In this document: piece by piece, positions 22,029 through 35,360 of the stretch
How the letters are laid out: every line of letters starts with the position of its first letter
Numbering within the stretch: position 1 is the stretch's first letter
From: Veleropilina oligotropha
Taxonomy: Eukaryota
Direction: 5' to 3'
DNA length: 64,000 bases
Assembly: GCA_048128005.1 (NCBI GenBank)
Contig: JBEUKZ010000045.1
Span: 1-64,000 of the forward strand
Notes under the pieces: generated by a model
Seen by the model: the letters and a program-made list of their open reading frames with translations, nothing else
Database searches by the model: none
What the model was told of the DNA's origin: nothing
Made by a program: the position numbers and the translations under genes

Positions 22029-22177
22029 CGTATCCTTTGCAGTGGGTATATCCTGTGATATGGGTATGTCTAAAAGCGAGCCCGGGCCGGCGAGGGTAAC
22101 GGGCCGTCCCTACGGGCTCTTACTACATACTACTATATCGGCATGTTAGACGCTGTGTAGTTATACTTGAAATCAAC

Positions 22178-22363
22178 ATGCCGCAGAAAGACGTTCCCAT
22201 GTTGCGCAGCGCGAAAAGTTCCCGCCGCAAGGCCCCTGCCAAGGCTCCTGCCAAGGCTCCTGCCAAGGCTCCTACCAAGGCTCCTACCAAGACTCCTGCC
22301 AAGGCTCCTGCCAAGGCCCCTGCCAAGGCCCCTGCCAAGGCTCCTGCCAAACGTCGTCCCTAG
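22178..22363 (+). CDS. Short basic KAPA-repeat (histone H1 tail-like) peptide
   Basis: ATG and stop bracket about 10 copies of a 12-bp unit encoding KAPA/KAPT/KTPA; synonymous gcc/gct variation occurs in this frame. Confidence 0.5.
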   Translation: MPQKDVPMLRSAKSSRRKAPAKAPAKAPAKAPTKAPTKTPAKAPAKAPAKAPAKAPAKRRP

Positions 22364-22373
22364 TCCCACCCCT

Positions 22374-22652
22374 GCTGTGTACACGGTGACTTTTTGTAAT
22401 ACAATCCCTACCCCGGGGGTCTGAAAGGGTGCTGGGAGCCTCCACAGTGGGCCCCGGGGCCCTAGTCTAAACTCCCCTGCTGACTAGTCCGAGCTACCCT
22501 GAGTTCTGAACAGGTGCTGGGAGCCTTATTTTCCCATTCTAAAAAGTACACTCACCCCCCCTGCTGCTGAGTTGAGATCCATATTAATTCTGAAAAGGCG
22601 CTGGGAGCCTTATTTTCCCATTCTAAAAAGTCTACTGACCCCCCCTGCTGCT
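22374..22652 (-). repeat. Right TIR of element A
   Basis: Reverse complement of 6797-~7080. Confidence 0.95.
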
Positions 22653-22824
22653 GAGATAATGACTTCTTTGATTATCAAAACTAACATAATATATATTTTT
22701 TACTCTTTTGCGACTTTTATTTGACATGGCACAAGTGGTATTGAATGTGGTACGAGTTATCGCGGCCTTCGTACTAATTGTAAGGGCACGAGTTGTCCTG
22801 ATTGTTTGGCAGTTGTGCCGTCAT

Positions 22825-23732
22825 TATAAGTTGTCGGCATTGCCCGAGGGGAATATGGGTCTATGTACCTGTTTGTGATAATTTATTAACCGAGACGAAG
22901 TCGAGGTTAATAAATTCTCACAAACGGTACATAGACCCATATTTCACGAGGGCTATGCCGACAACGAATTTATCTTACTTCAATATAATAAAATCAAGCC
23001 TTTTGAACAATTTTCTTGTCCAACTTCGTTACTCCGCGAAAGAATCCATTTTATATATATTCTATTGTTGTTACTAAAAAATCGTGTTCCTAAAAGTATG
23101 TTTTCAGTTCTGCCGAAGATCATATGTAAAACTTCATGTTCAATATACAAATATTCCTTCCGTTATAACTGTGATATTTTAGCATAATTGGCATGATTAT
23201 TTAAAAATACACGAAGTATATTTGTGGCAAATACATGCATACCAATATACATTATATATATATTGAAGATATTCCGACGCGCCCATTAGAATTTAATAAT
23301 AATGCCTAGCAACCGTCACTCTCCAGGCATAGAAATTAAGAATACTTGGTACATACGGTAAAGAAATGACGTCTCTGCGCAGGAGAATAATAGGAAATCA
23401 AAGTAAACACCAACATTAACTAAATAAGGATAATTGAATATTCATTTTACATGAAAATGCCAAAAGTGTAAACCGTTACGACAATAAAATGAAATTGATG
23501 CAAAATTTTCGAAACGATGTACGATTCCATGACTTAACATTTGTATCGATGCTTTGGCAGACGACATGTCACAATTATCTCCGTTGTCTTCGAGGGCGCT
23601 CCAAATCACAATAGTACACACAACTACGTAAGGTATAAATAATTCATATACCCCGCCTGGGTGGGGAATACGGTAATTGTCGAAGGAACGTTAACCAATC
23701 AGATTGCAGTATTAAGAGCTAAAGTAAGATAA
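22825..23732 (+). mobile_element. Non-autonomous hairpin-headed element (Crypton-like architecture), copy 1
   Basis: Long-stem (~60-65 bp) hairpin at the 5' end, and short IR ttatcttac...gtaagataa. A close second copy lies at 53978-54886. Confidence 0.8.
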
Positions 23733-23912
23733 AATCAGTTGCAAGGCCACAGGTCACGAAGAAAAGTTTCGTTTGACGCCCAAGTTTGTGTCAATTTTAG
23801 ACTATAGTATTATCGTGTAATTTAAACGCTTTTTGTTTTAACTGGTTAATTGTATAATGATTATTCTAGTATGAACATCCGATTTGGGGACTGCCACATT
23901 TGACACCATGTA

Positions 23913-24737
23913 AGCCCCTTTCCCACATATACGCTTTTTGTTACGGTGGAGCACGATTTTTAACTGATTTGCCATCGCAACGGCGCCGTAGACATGTTCG
24001 TGGCCAATGGTGGTCCACCGTAGTGAATCGTGATGGCACCGTGGAAAACCACGATTTTTTGCGAATGTTTAAAACAATCTTGCTCTACCGTAGTGTACCG
24101 TAGAAAACAATCGTGTACCACCACAGCAGCATCGTATGAGATTCGTAACGTTGTCGTGGTATGTCGCGACGGCGTCTTGTTCATTCGTACTCAATCGTAC
24201 TGGCCACAACACCCACGACAAGCGAAGACTTCGCTACGGTGCCAGTACCATGGTACTGCGACCTAGCACGACTTCAACAAGACTGCACCAATAACGTGTT
24301 TTGTATCACGTGACTTATGTTATCACATGACTCTTGTTGAACGCCGGAAAGTTATTGAACATGATGAAGATGAAGTAATGCGAAAAATTATGACGACAAC
24401 ATCCTATTACCCATAAATTCAGCGTCTTTTTTGTCATGTGATTAATTAAATCGTACAGGCATTTTATTAAATCATACTGGCGTCATGTGAAACCGTACTG
24501 ATGCCGTAGTACAATCTTGGCATTTCGTAGTGCGCCGTGACAAATCTTGACGATATCGCAACTCTACCGTAATAAATCGTACAACATCTTGGCGACGTCT
24601 TGGTAGCGTCTTGACGAGACGTGGAATTAGAATGTATTTGAACTTTTGAGTACGAATTGCTACGGTGCATCCAGATTTTTAATAATTTAAAAATCGTGCT
24701 CTACCGTAACAAAAATCTCGTATGCGGGAAAGGGGCT
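23913..24737. mobile_element. MITE (PIF/Harbinger-like)
   Basis: TIR agcccctttccc.cata / tatg.gggaaaggggct with TA-rich flanks. Non-coding; TSD imperfect. Confidence 0.65.
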
Positions 24738-25429
24738 TTAGGCTAATTATTTGGTAACAAAGGAGACAGATTTCTCCTATCCGCATATATGCTGAAACTT
24801 TCACATTTACTCTGTTAGTTAATGTTCAATAATTCACCAATTAATGCGTGATATTTCATTTACCTCGCATTTATGAAAGTCCACATCTGGATTGTGAGCA
24901 ACTCTAAGGGAGGTAATTGTATCCTGGGCCATATGAAACCGGAGGTAACCAATGATATAATTTCTAGTCTTATCACAACGCATCAACGTGAAAAACAAAA
25001 GAACATATGTTAAACTTTTATTAGGAAAATAAAAGTCTGAACGCAAACAATTACAATAGTCAAGAAACATATGGATTGAATTATTTAGGTAGGCTATACT
25101 TTTTTGCTGAACAGCTCTTTTTGAGTATTGAAAATATAACGTCGGAGGGAAAATGATGGGTGGGCAAAGAACTGATGCTTACAATGACCACACCAACTAT
25201 ATTGCATTCATAATCAGGGTCTATTAAGACTGAAAGATGAAATTAATTGATAATGTTTGTAATATAGCCGGAAAAAGCACCTGATACCTTCGCCGCTTGG
25301 CTGTGTTTAATTTCCACAAAGCTTTCAAACACAGACGTCATTAAATTTTCCAGAGAAGAGAAACGGCGGCTCTCGTGAAAGCCATCCATGACACACGGTC
25401 TACTCGTGGTTCGAATCCAAGACAAAGTA

Positions 25430-28400
25430 GTGTCAAAATCTTAAATAAATGTACTACCCCCCCCCCCAAAAAAAAATGCAAGAAAACGTTTTATGATGTT
25501 TTTCTGTAGCATATGGTCTGGAGAAGAGAAGTTGGCCGAAATTGGACCACCAGAAAGGATCTAAATATGACGTCAAAACAGATGTCCGCCAATGTTAAAA
25601 AATGGCTGAATTCTATTCATAATTGTTGAATTCAACAAGTTCTCGCCACTTTAGTGTCAACATTACCTATTATATTCATTATATTGCTAAAGGTATAATT
25701 ATTGAAGGTAACAGGAGTGTTCAATATGACGCCATGAATGACTTGACGTCATCACCTTTAATAATTTAAATAAATGTATTACTCCCCGCTAGTTGTGGTG
25801 GGTGCAAGGACTAGGAAATTTGCATGTTCTTTGAGTCTTATATTTAACTATTCATCATGTTCATGAAAGGAACCCTAAAACACAGAACCACAGAACAAAA
25901 GATGAGCTAATCATTTTAGGTAGTTTTAACACACCATAGAATTGCAGTGCTGCCACATATAAGCATCTTCAAGATGTTAAAACAAAAGTTGCTAATCACC
26001 TTCAAATTTCCGAATTCCACAAAAATGAAACTGAAATCATAAATAGCCGAGACACAATGTGTCAGAAACTATTCTAGAACACACAGGTAGGGTTGAATAA
26101 ACAAGTTGATGGGTCATTTACCCTATAATTCAATGTTAGAGGCTGATTTATGTTTCACAGCTGATGCCATGTGCTTTTCTTGGAATATTGTGTATATGGG
26201 AGGCCAATGCTAAAAAATGGATTAAATGAAAGATGGTTGTTTCCATACCTACCTGATTGTTTTCACTTGTGGATTCTTGCATGATGCCTCAAATATGTCA
26301 AATTATTATTCATATCCCTAGATCTGATTCTCAGGGTTTTATATGAGGGGGGAAGGGGGGGGGGGTGTAACTTGTTAATGTGCAGACCAGATATTTTGCC
26401 ACACAATGATTGTACAAATGTAGGATTTCATTTTAAACAAACGTTATTTTATACATTTCAGGGCTTTAAATGAGTGCAAGTCAGGAAGTCTGTCCTTTAT
26501 ATCAGCTAGGATCCAAAGATAAAGTCGAGATTGGTGAAAAAGGAGATGAAGGCATCAATAATGCAAGTGTCGAGAGAGGTGATAATATCATTTTAATAGC
26601 GTAAACTGTGGTACACAAGTTTTGTCGCATGAATTATGTTAACGAAAAGGACATTGAGAGACATAAGAGAGTTAAATTAGATTCTACCTCATCTGTCAAG
26701 AGAAGTACACGCCTCTCCAATGGGCCATTTGACTTTAAACAGACTGATTTTTCTGTGGGAACGAAGTTATGAGCAAAATCAGTGTTGATTATGATAACTA
26801 TGGCATGACCGAACACCAAAGATCCATTTGGACTATGTCTGATGCTATATCCTCGGCATACAACTATGCCATGCTGGACTTCAGTAGTAACGTGTACACA
26901 ACAAGTGAACAACACAAGGAGGCATCTGCTTCACGAATGGAGAGGGACACGTCGGACTTGGGAAAACTTGACACCAAGCTAGAACAACATTCACCCTTCT
27001 CTGAAGAGACGAAATTGAGAAACATTACCACGGGGGTAAATGCCAATAAGGATGTAAATGTTCAAGACCTTTTTGTTGTAGGCAGAGACACAGTCAAATA
27101 AATGAAATCTGTCTTTTCATATTCATACAAACGTAAGAATAAAGTAAAGACGCTAGCAGCAACCCGGGCCATTCATGTCACTGAGGACCGAACCATTGAT
27201 CCAGCTCTGTTATTTCATAAGTTCCTGGTGGTATCACAGTCTGGAGATCTCTGCTTAGATGAGGTGATGAAATATGAACTTTCACCTTTCCCACCATCTT
27301 TGTTCGAAGCGTTACGGAAACCCAGATACAGCACAACTTCTGGATGCCACGAAACCATGTCACTTCATCAGACTGATCAACAAGTCCTTAATGGAGGTTC
27401 ACTTCTACATCGATTGAAATGGAAAGAATGAAGCACCAACAGTTCAATTGCCGATTCGTTCATGTCCACTCTCTATGGCAAGCCTACCGCTGTCTTTGAT
27501 CGATACGATGGAGGACCAATTACAAAGGACAATACGCATCAACGACGTACCAGTTGCAAATAAAGCCAACATATCAGATGCAACAAAATTCGTTGGAAAA
27601 ATGGACGAATTCCTCTCAAATGACATGAACAAACAGGCCCGCATTAACCTGATTGCGGACCGCTTGCGACAAAAAGGTTGCCATGTCATTCATGCTGAAG
27701 GCGACCGAAAAACTATAAACATTGTTATCGTAAAACTAAACTGATTCAAGTCAAAGTATGCGCATTATGCTTTGATAAAATAAAATCATGCAATAAAAAT
27801 CGCAACACGGTTGCACAAGGTGGGTACAGTGCCATCTGATTTGGATTTATAACGGATAACCCGAAGGTTAGCCCACTTTTGGAGATGGTGCCTACCTAAA
27901 AATGATAAATTCACTGATCACTTTATAACGCCCAGTAGTGTTCAAGAACAATTTATAACATGTATATAATATATTTTTACTTTATATAATCAAAATAAAT
28001 TGTTAGATTTTTCTTCGCTGAACCATAATTAATCAATTTTAATTGGTTTGGCAATGATTTCCAGCAAAATATTACGGAAACAAAGTAAAAAATATTGACG
28101 TTATGCATGTCTGATGTACATACCATCTCATACACTAACGTGTATAAGTAAACTTAAAAACCAAAGCACGGTTGCGTAAATTGGGCACAAATGTTAACCT
28201 GGATTTTAATCTAGAATTGATGGCAAGTATATCAGCTTCACTTCACATAAAAATAGGCAGGAGTAATGCATTTTTAGTGATCCATATATATGTTTATACA
28301 TATAGGTTTTATAAATGCATAATTTTTTCATGAAATTGGGCTTGTATTCCTACGAAAAATAAAATTGTTCCACTTTTCTGATTTTTGTAGATTTTTAGTA

Positions 28401-28501
28401 TGTTAATCTAGACAAAATTTACTGTAAAAATGATAACAGTGCCGTTACTATCGGAATTTGTGGTGGGTTTGGCCCATTATTGCCTTAGATTGACTGGACT
28501 A
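25430..28501 (+). mobile_element. Decayed Academ-like DNA transposon remnant
   Basis: Broken ORFs 26769-27744 contain SEQHKE, YELSPFPPSLF, GGSLLHRLKW, FLSN..NK and VIHAEGD (XPG/PIN-like region). The right end reverse-complements to TAGTCCAGTCAATC. Left boundary uncertain. Confidence 0.6.
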
Positions 28502-29007
28502 ACGTACGATGATACGCACATAGCAAGATAGACACCGTTGATTGTCCACCAAGAGTCCAATCCACACAAATATTAAAAATATTCGATATGTTGAATGACT
28601 ATGAGTTCTAACATGTTATTTCATAACAATAACTAACATTTAGATGAAAGTTCATAACAATAACTAACATTTAGATGAAAGTTCATAACAATGAAACAAA
28701 AATATTCATAATACAAATTGTGAAAAACATTCAACTTCAAGCAAATATAGCGTAATAATATTATGATCATGTGTCATGACTCTTATATCCCAACCATGCC
28801 ATGACCGGCACTAAATCCGATGCATTGTAGTATGGAATATAGCTTTACATCACAATAGCGTGAAGGTTTTACATTAACAGCATCCAATAAAAGATAATAA
28901 TGTAAAAATAAATCTTCATTTAAATGCTGTCTAATGGCTGGCTTGTGCCAGCAAGAGGTAAGTGGCCGCTAGTACTTTCGCGCCACGATATGACATTATA
29001 TCCGATT

Positions 29008-29118
29008 TTATAAAGCCGTCGTTTGTTTCCTCCGACAGACGCATTTCCCCTCAGTCCAGGCGATGTACAGCGGATTAATATAGCCTAAGAACACCATGAA
29101 GATCAACAATATTTGGAC
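29008..29118 (-). CDS. SLC43-like terminal coding exon
   Basis: ttttag|VQILLIFMVFLGYINPLYIAWTEGKCVCRRKQTTAL*; phase 0. Confidence 0.8.
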   Translation of the reverse strand, partial: VQILLIFMVFLGYINPLYIAWTEGKCVCRRKQTTAL

Positions 29119-30299
29119 CTAAAAGACAGAAATATTTTTACAGCAAAAAGACATCGTAGAAATATCATAAATTACGCGCTTCCTTTCAATTGGGGTCCAT
29201 GACCATGCCCGATAAAAATTAGTGGGTGTCACCAAATATTTGGGGCTTTTCTCAGTAAAAAACAATGAACAATAGGATCATATTAAAATAAAAGATTAAT
29301 CAAGAAGACAATCTGAGATTGCGGATCCTAGCCAAGTGATGGGACACTGTATACGACGGAGTACGCGTTGATGCCAATAGACTGGTCATTTGAGAGTGAG
29401 GTCGAATTGGTCAATTGACTGTGTTAAGAATGATTATGCACCCCCAAAAGTCTTTTACATGGCCCATCCCTGTACTATGTATCTTTTTTTATTACCCACC
29501 CCTAGGTTGGACCCAGGTTTTGAGAGAAGGGTTTAAACTTTTGCAATATCTAATCGATTATCCGCGACATGACACTCGGTGGACAATATGAACAATTCAC
29601 GGCGTGAAACGCCTTTTCCTGCATTCAGAGGGAGCAAACATGACTCGCTCTTAAAGTCTTGTTATTTTGTTAGGATCCTCTATCATTAATAAATTTTGAA
29701 AAGTTACTCTTGTCATGTCTTGACCGAGTATGTTCACACAATGCTTAAAATATCTTTAATAACTTTAACGTCAGAACCAATACACCCAACATCTCACTCC
29801 CGTTTTATATGGATTCTGAAAACGTCACTTGATTACAAATTCAAATTTTCTGACAAATTAGGCAATATATGTGATGTCACCACGAAAATATATACTGCGT
29901 TGCTCGAACTAGATCTTTAAACTGCATCTTACCTTGTTTATATGAATAGGAATGACATTAATAATAATTATTGCAGAAAGGCATCCGTTAAATGCTGCAA
30001 GTATCAAAAGGCGTATTATTCAAATTCAGCATCAGAAAGAAACAACGGCAATTTCATCAACAGTATCTTGGAGTTTAGTCATTCATAAATCTTGTGTCAC
30101 CATTTATGTGATGTGATGTTTTTATGCGTAAAAAATTCACAAATTATTTCAATATCACTTCATTTTTGATGACATATATCAAGAAATATGTGAATTCTGA
30201 AACGTCGCTACCATCTCGTGTAGGCTATTCGAAGTATTTGCTGAAAATTAATACCCAAAATTACGTTCCAGCGATAAATCGGAAAAGCTTCGAACTTAC

Positions 30300-30420
30300 A
30301 TGAGTTGCGCTAGCGACGGATGACTGGAACCAGATGAAGAGGGGCATCTGCAAAAGGGACGCAACTCCCGCTATACCCAGCACGACCCCCTGCATGCTAC
30401 TGAAGTACTTCACCGGGAAC
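30300..30420 (-). CDS. SLC43-like exon
   Basis: ctag|(V)FPVKYFSSMQGVVLGIAGVASLLQMPLFIWFQSSVASATH|gtaagt. Confidence 0.88.
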
Positions 30421-30720
30421 CTAGAGAAATCAAAACAAAGGGCGGATGGAGTATGATGGAGACAGCAGAAGACAAAACGAGACACGCATGCGCCGACTTG
30501 TTGATTGGAAAACTGGAATATGTAGCGAGAAGGTAACTGGGAGACAATGAATAAATCACTGGGATGAGGATACTGAGAACCAAATCGTCTCGTACCCGAC
30601 ATTACGAAGAAATAGTAAGTTACAATGGAATGTTTCAATGATGAAGAGTTACGATTAATACAAATCATACAATATTTTACAATATATAGGGTTACAATCG
30701 ATTTTAACTTCCATTTGCTG

Positions 30721-31127
30721 TAGAAGCATCAAATGTAATAATTGGATGCGAGAAAAATAAATGGTAGACCGGTGTAACAGACCAACATATGCCCCCTGCC
30801 TAAATTATCCCTCAGCTAAAGTGGTCTAGGCTGTTTTATACCCCGGGTATGATCTGGGCTAGCCTAGTTTATACCACAGGTGTTATTTAAACTAGGCTAT
30901 GACATACCCACTTAGGCCAGAATACACCCTGTAATAGGCCAAGAGCGCTCGGCTGAATATAGAAGCATCAAATGTAATAATTGGATGCGAGAAAAATAAA
31001 CGGTAGACCGGTGTAACAGGCCAACATATACCCCCTGCCCAAACTATCACCAGCTAAAGTGGCCTGGACAGTTTTATACCCGTGTATGTTCTGGGCTAGT
31101 CCAGTCTATACCCCAGGAGTTATTTAT
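30721..31127 (+). repeat. ~240-bp tandem duplication including the end of a CCGG-terminated DNA transposon
   Basis: tagaagcatcaaatgtaataattggatgcg...ccggtgtaacag repeated at 30721 and 30960. Confidence 0.75.
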
Positions 31128-31129
31128 AA

Positions 31130-33830
31130 AAAAATTGTCAAAAATATACTTCGTTTATAATTACAATAGAAACAACGGAATCGGGCAAAAGGGTATTGCA
31201 AATTATCGATGTGCCCTTTATGTACAAAGATATTTCAAATGCAATGTTTGTTTATGGATCAACAGTTTTCAATAACTACATCAATAACATAAATACATTA
31301 TATCGACGAAAAGACAATCTTATAACTCATAAAGCCATATAATATATTGATCACACGATAAATCGACCACTGTCTTTGATAAATTTGTGTACACTTGTGG
31401 CAACTTGTTGATTAATAGTTGTGGATAAATGTCGATCACCAACAAAAGGGTCTTAATATCTATTCTAGTATAATTCAGGGTGTGATACAATTGTCTTCTT
31501 TCAACGCTATATTTATTGCAAAACAGGAAGAATTGTTCACAGTCTTCTTTCTTGTACCCAAATGAGCAACTTGTATTTACGATTATATGATTATTAATGA
31601 GATCGTAATTTAAAGGGCTGCACCCGTGACGTAATTTAAAATATAGTTTTCCGATGTTTCGAGATACACAGTTATAAAATTCAAAATGTTCAATATTCAC
31701 TCTTTTCATTTGCTTAAATTCTTCCAATGTGTTGGTATTTCTTGTTAGTATATCTAGGTCATTCCACATTTTAATACCGGATGGGTAGACAGATTTCCGA
31801 CTTTGTTCTAATCTAAAGGTCATATTTGAAATATTTTCGCTATTCCTTTATGGGTATCTAGAAACTTCTTCTACCGTGGGAGTAGAATTATTATTAGGTA
31901 GTCGGGGACATTTCCTTTTATTATTTTATATAGAGTACATAATCGAATATTATTTCTACGCGTTAATAGTGGTTCCAATCCAGTCTCTCTATATAGCACT
32001 TAAATGGGCGTGTATCTTGGTAGACCGGTAATAGTTCGCATCGCTTCGTTTTGTATAACCTCTAATTTATTTGAGTCAGTTTTAGATAAGCCACTCCAAA
32101 CATCTGGACAGTATTCCAAAGTGGGCCGAATAAACGTTTTAAATATTTGCAATAATTTACGTCTATTAATAGCATATTTTAATTTAGTCATTTCCGATGA
32201 TTTCTTTTGCACATGGACATGTTAGGTCCATTTAAACGAGGATGAAAATGTAATGCCAAGATGTTTGTGATGGGTTGTGATGGTTACTAGTAAATGTATA
32301 ATAATAAGCATTGGTTCGGTTTTATCAGGATTAAATTTGACTAACCATTGCTTTGACCATTGTAATATAGATATCAAGTCGTTATTTATTAAGTTTTGTG
32401 GATGTAGCGTATTGTTTGATTTAAATAATGACGTGTCGTCTGCGAACAGACGAATTTTACTGTGTATGCCATCGGGTAAGTCGTTTACGCAAACTAAGAA
32501 CATTATTGGCCCTAACACAGACCTTGATGTACACCAGGCGTTGTACGTATAATATTCGATGTAGCGGAGTTGATTCTAACCAATTGTTCCCTATTTGATA
32601 AATAGTTTGCAATCCATCCCAACAAAGGTCCAATAATGCCAATGTGTTCTAATTTATGTAAAACACCTTTATGCCAGACTCGATCGAAAGCTTTGGTAAT
32701 ATCAAAGAAAACAAAGCAAGTGTGATTTCCATCTTCCAATGTATTAATAATGTTATGATATATGTCAATAAGTTGGTAAGTTGTCGATTGATTAGGCTGG
32801 AATCCGCTTTGGAATTGGTATAGAAGCTTGTGAATTTTTATGTGAATAATTCTTTCCATAATTTTTCCGACACAACTCAGTAATGAAATAGGCCGATAGT
32901 TGGATGAGTTGTTCGATCTCCTTTCTTGAATGTAGGTATGTGCTAGTTTCCAATTTGGGAAAATTTCTTGGTGCAGCGATATATTAAATAAAATCCATAA
33001 GGGTTTAGCTATACTGTTTTTAACGCTCTTTACCATTTGGCGATTAATGCTATCTGGCCCAGATGCTTTGCTAGTTGGTTTGCTTTCTATAATGTCGATT
33101 ATTTCTGACTCGGATATAACAATATTTTCCAGTCTAGGATTGGTTAAATAGTTAAAATTTGGTAACAGAACCATTGAATCGTCTACTGATGATCTAGATT
33201 TAAAATATTCGTTTCTGAATAGAGTAATATACCATCTCTAGAGCGCAAACATAAAATGTCGTCTATACGTTTCTCATTTATGACATTCTTCATTAACTTC
33301 CAGTATGAACGAAAGCCATTTCTCTTGGCATCTAATATTTGGTTAATATTGTTGTCAAAATGAATTTTGGCGTAATTTATTTGGTTGTTTCTTTTATTAG
33401 TTGAGCCGTTTACGGAGAAACTATTGTATTGAGGCTGTCTGTCTGTGTGGTGGTGTATGTCCACGATGACTTTACATGGCTCAACTATGCTTCCTCTCGG
33501 ATGCGCTTGTTTATATTTTTCCATAACTCTTTAGACTTTTTAACCATAGCTTTTTTGTAAAGGCGGTCACGTTTCCTACACATTCTCCTAATCTCATTAT
33601 TAAACCACGGCTTATCATTTTCACGTATAGTTATAGATTTGTTTGGCATGCTCTGTCTGGTAAGATTTAAGAAGATATCATTAAATATATTAGACGCTTC
33701 ATTTATATCAGAATAATCCTCTAATATATGGTCCCAGTTAACACTGTATATTAAGTGATTAACTTTTGTGTGATCCGTTAGCTTATAAAGCCATATAGTT
33801 CTCTTGCAACATGGTCCTTTATTCATTCAA
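31130..33830 (-). mobile_element. Degenerate non-LTR retrotransposon (CR1/L2-group RT)
   Basis: Frameshifted ORF2 pieces: KPWFN, KASGPD, YRPISLLSCVGKIMERI, QSGF, FFDITKAFDRVWH, LFADDT. Confidence 0.92.
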
Positions 33831-34677
33831 TAAGCAAATATAGACTGTTACATACCCCCTAGGCCAGAATAACCCCTCCACTCATATACTATTTAAGGCC
33901 ATATTATACACCCAAGGCCATAATATACCCCCACACTCATCTACTATTATATTTAATGATCAAATACTAATTTTTGTATTTCATTTCCCATGCTGATGAG
34001 AGATGATGACGTTGCAATCGTTGCACATGACAATACACAATTTTGCCTAGGTCCAAAGTATACCCCGGGGTATAAAATATGTGGTTTAAACTCCAGGGTA
34101 CACTTTGACGAGGGCTATTATTAGTTATACTGGCTTTTGACAGGGTGTACGGGATTTTACCGCATTCCAAAATTTCGTATTTACCCGAGGCGCAGCCGAG
34201 GGGAAATACGGAATTTTGGAGAGTGGGGAAATACGGAATTTTGGAGGGTGTTAAATCACGTACACCTTGTGAAAAGCCAGTATAACGAATTTATTACCCC
34301 ATTTGCCTATTTATTTATCTTTGTAAAATCGCTAAAACCGATAGTGGTGTTCTGTCTATATATGTAATATGTTAATTGTGTCATAAAGAAAGCACTATAC
34401 CATCGTCAACTGGGTTGATGTATTTATATATGCACAACAAAATACTGTAAAGACCATTTAATTAAATATTCTATACAGTATTTTGTTTTGCATATATTCA
34501 CAAATCTACCGGTTGATGTTGTTATTGCAATTTTGTTAGGAAACAATTAACCTAGTTCAAATAGCCTGAACAGTACTATCGAACATCCCGTATTACCCCG
34601 CAACATCACGTGATCGCAACGTATTACCCCGCAACATCACGTGATCATCCCTTATTTGGCAGCAGATGTGCTTTGTG

Positions 34678-35360
34678 AGTAGTATTTACCGTACCTTAGG
34701 ACACTTCCGGTGCCTTAGGGCATTTTCGTTGACGCATGCGCAGTGTTGTATTGTGGGTAATGTATTGTCGGTTTCCTTTGTTCCTTACTATCAATCAGCA
34801 TCGAGGGGGGCGTGTCTAGCGAACTTCCTTTGTTCCGTACTGTCCAATGATATTATCGGGATTATGGTCCACTTTCGGTGGCGCAGTGGCGATTTTTATA
34901 CCTTGGGGCACTATCAATTAGCATAGAGGGGGCGTGTCTAGCGAACACCTGCTCTCTCGTAGCCAATGATATTGTCGGGGGTTTATAGCGAAGTTCCTTT
35001 GTTCTCTGGTTGTACATAACGAGAGGCCATCTTTGCATCAGTGAGATCGAAATCGAGTACAACGTGGAAGACCTCGTTAAAATCCAACCAAACAACAACA
35101 TCTTTGCATCGTTGAAGGAAATAGGACAATTTGCATCGAGGTAAATATATATAATTGCTAGGAAAACTATGGTTTTATATTCATCAGTAGAAATATGTAT
35201 AAAGTATATACATCAATTTTGCATCGAGGTAAATATATATAATTGCTAGGAAAACTATGGTTTATATTCATCGGTAGAAATATGTATATATGTCTGACGT
35301 ATAATATATTCCCCGGCATCAGTTTAATTGTATAATGTTTCCTTTCCAGCATTATGACGA
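34678..35360 (+). repeat. Left TIR of Polinton B
   Basis: Reverse complement of 50010-50692; the mirrored ORF translations are identical. Confidence 0.97.

Larger units (their letters stand above)
6797..22652. mobile_element. Element A: integrated Polinton-like virus (15,856 bp)
   Basis: TIRs 6797-~7080 and ~22374-22652 with 5'-AGCAGCAG...CTGCTGCT-3' ends. GAGAT on both flanks (6792-6796, 22653-22657). Dense intronless GC-rich ORFs including capsid, ATPase, integrase and replicase. Confidence 0.95.

Noticed and set aside
22123..22424. Alternative frames of the 12-bp repeat (GALA, GRSL, PRLL repeats)
   Set aside because: Same repeat read in other frames, with non-ATG or poorly placed starts. 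The KAPA frame is preferred but itself uncertain.
6797..22652. Bacterial or phage contamination, or chimeric assembly, explaining the GC-rich block
   Set aside because: Bounded precisely by TIRs and a TSD within host-like DNA, with a eukaryotic-virus gene set.
34666..35352. Small ORFs duplicated at both ends of Polinton B (also 49853-50641)
   Set aside because: Identical only because they lie in the TIRs; no coding signature.
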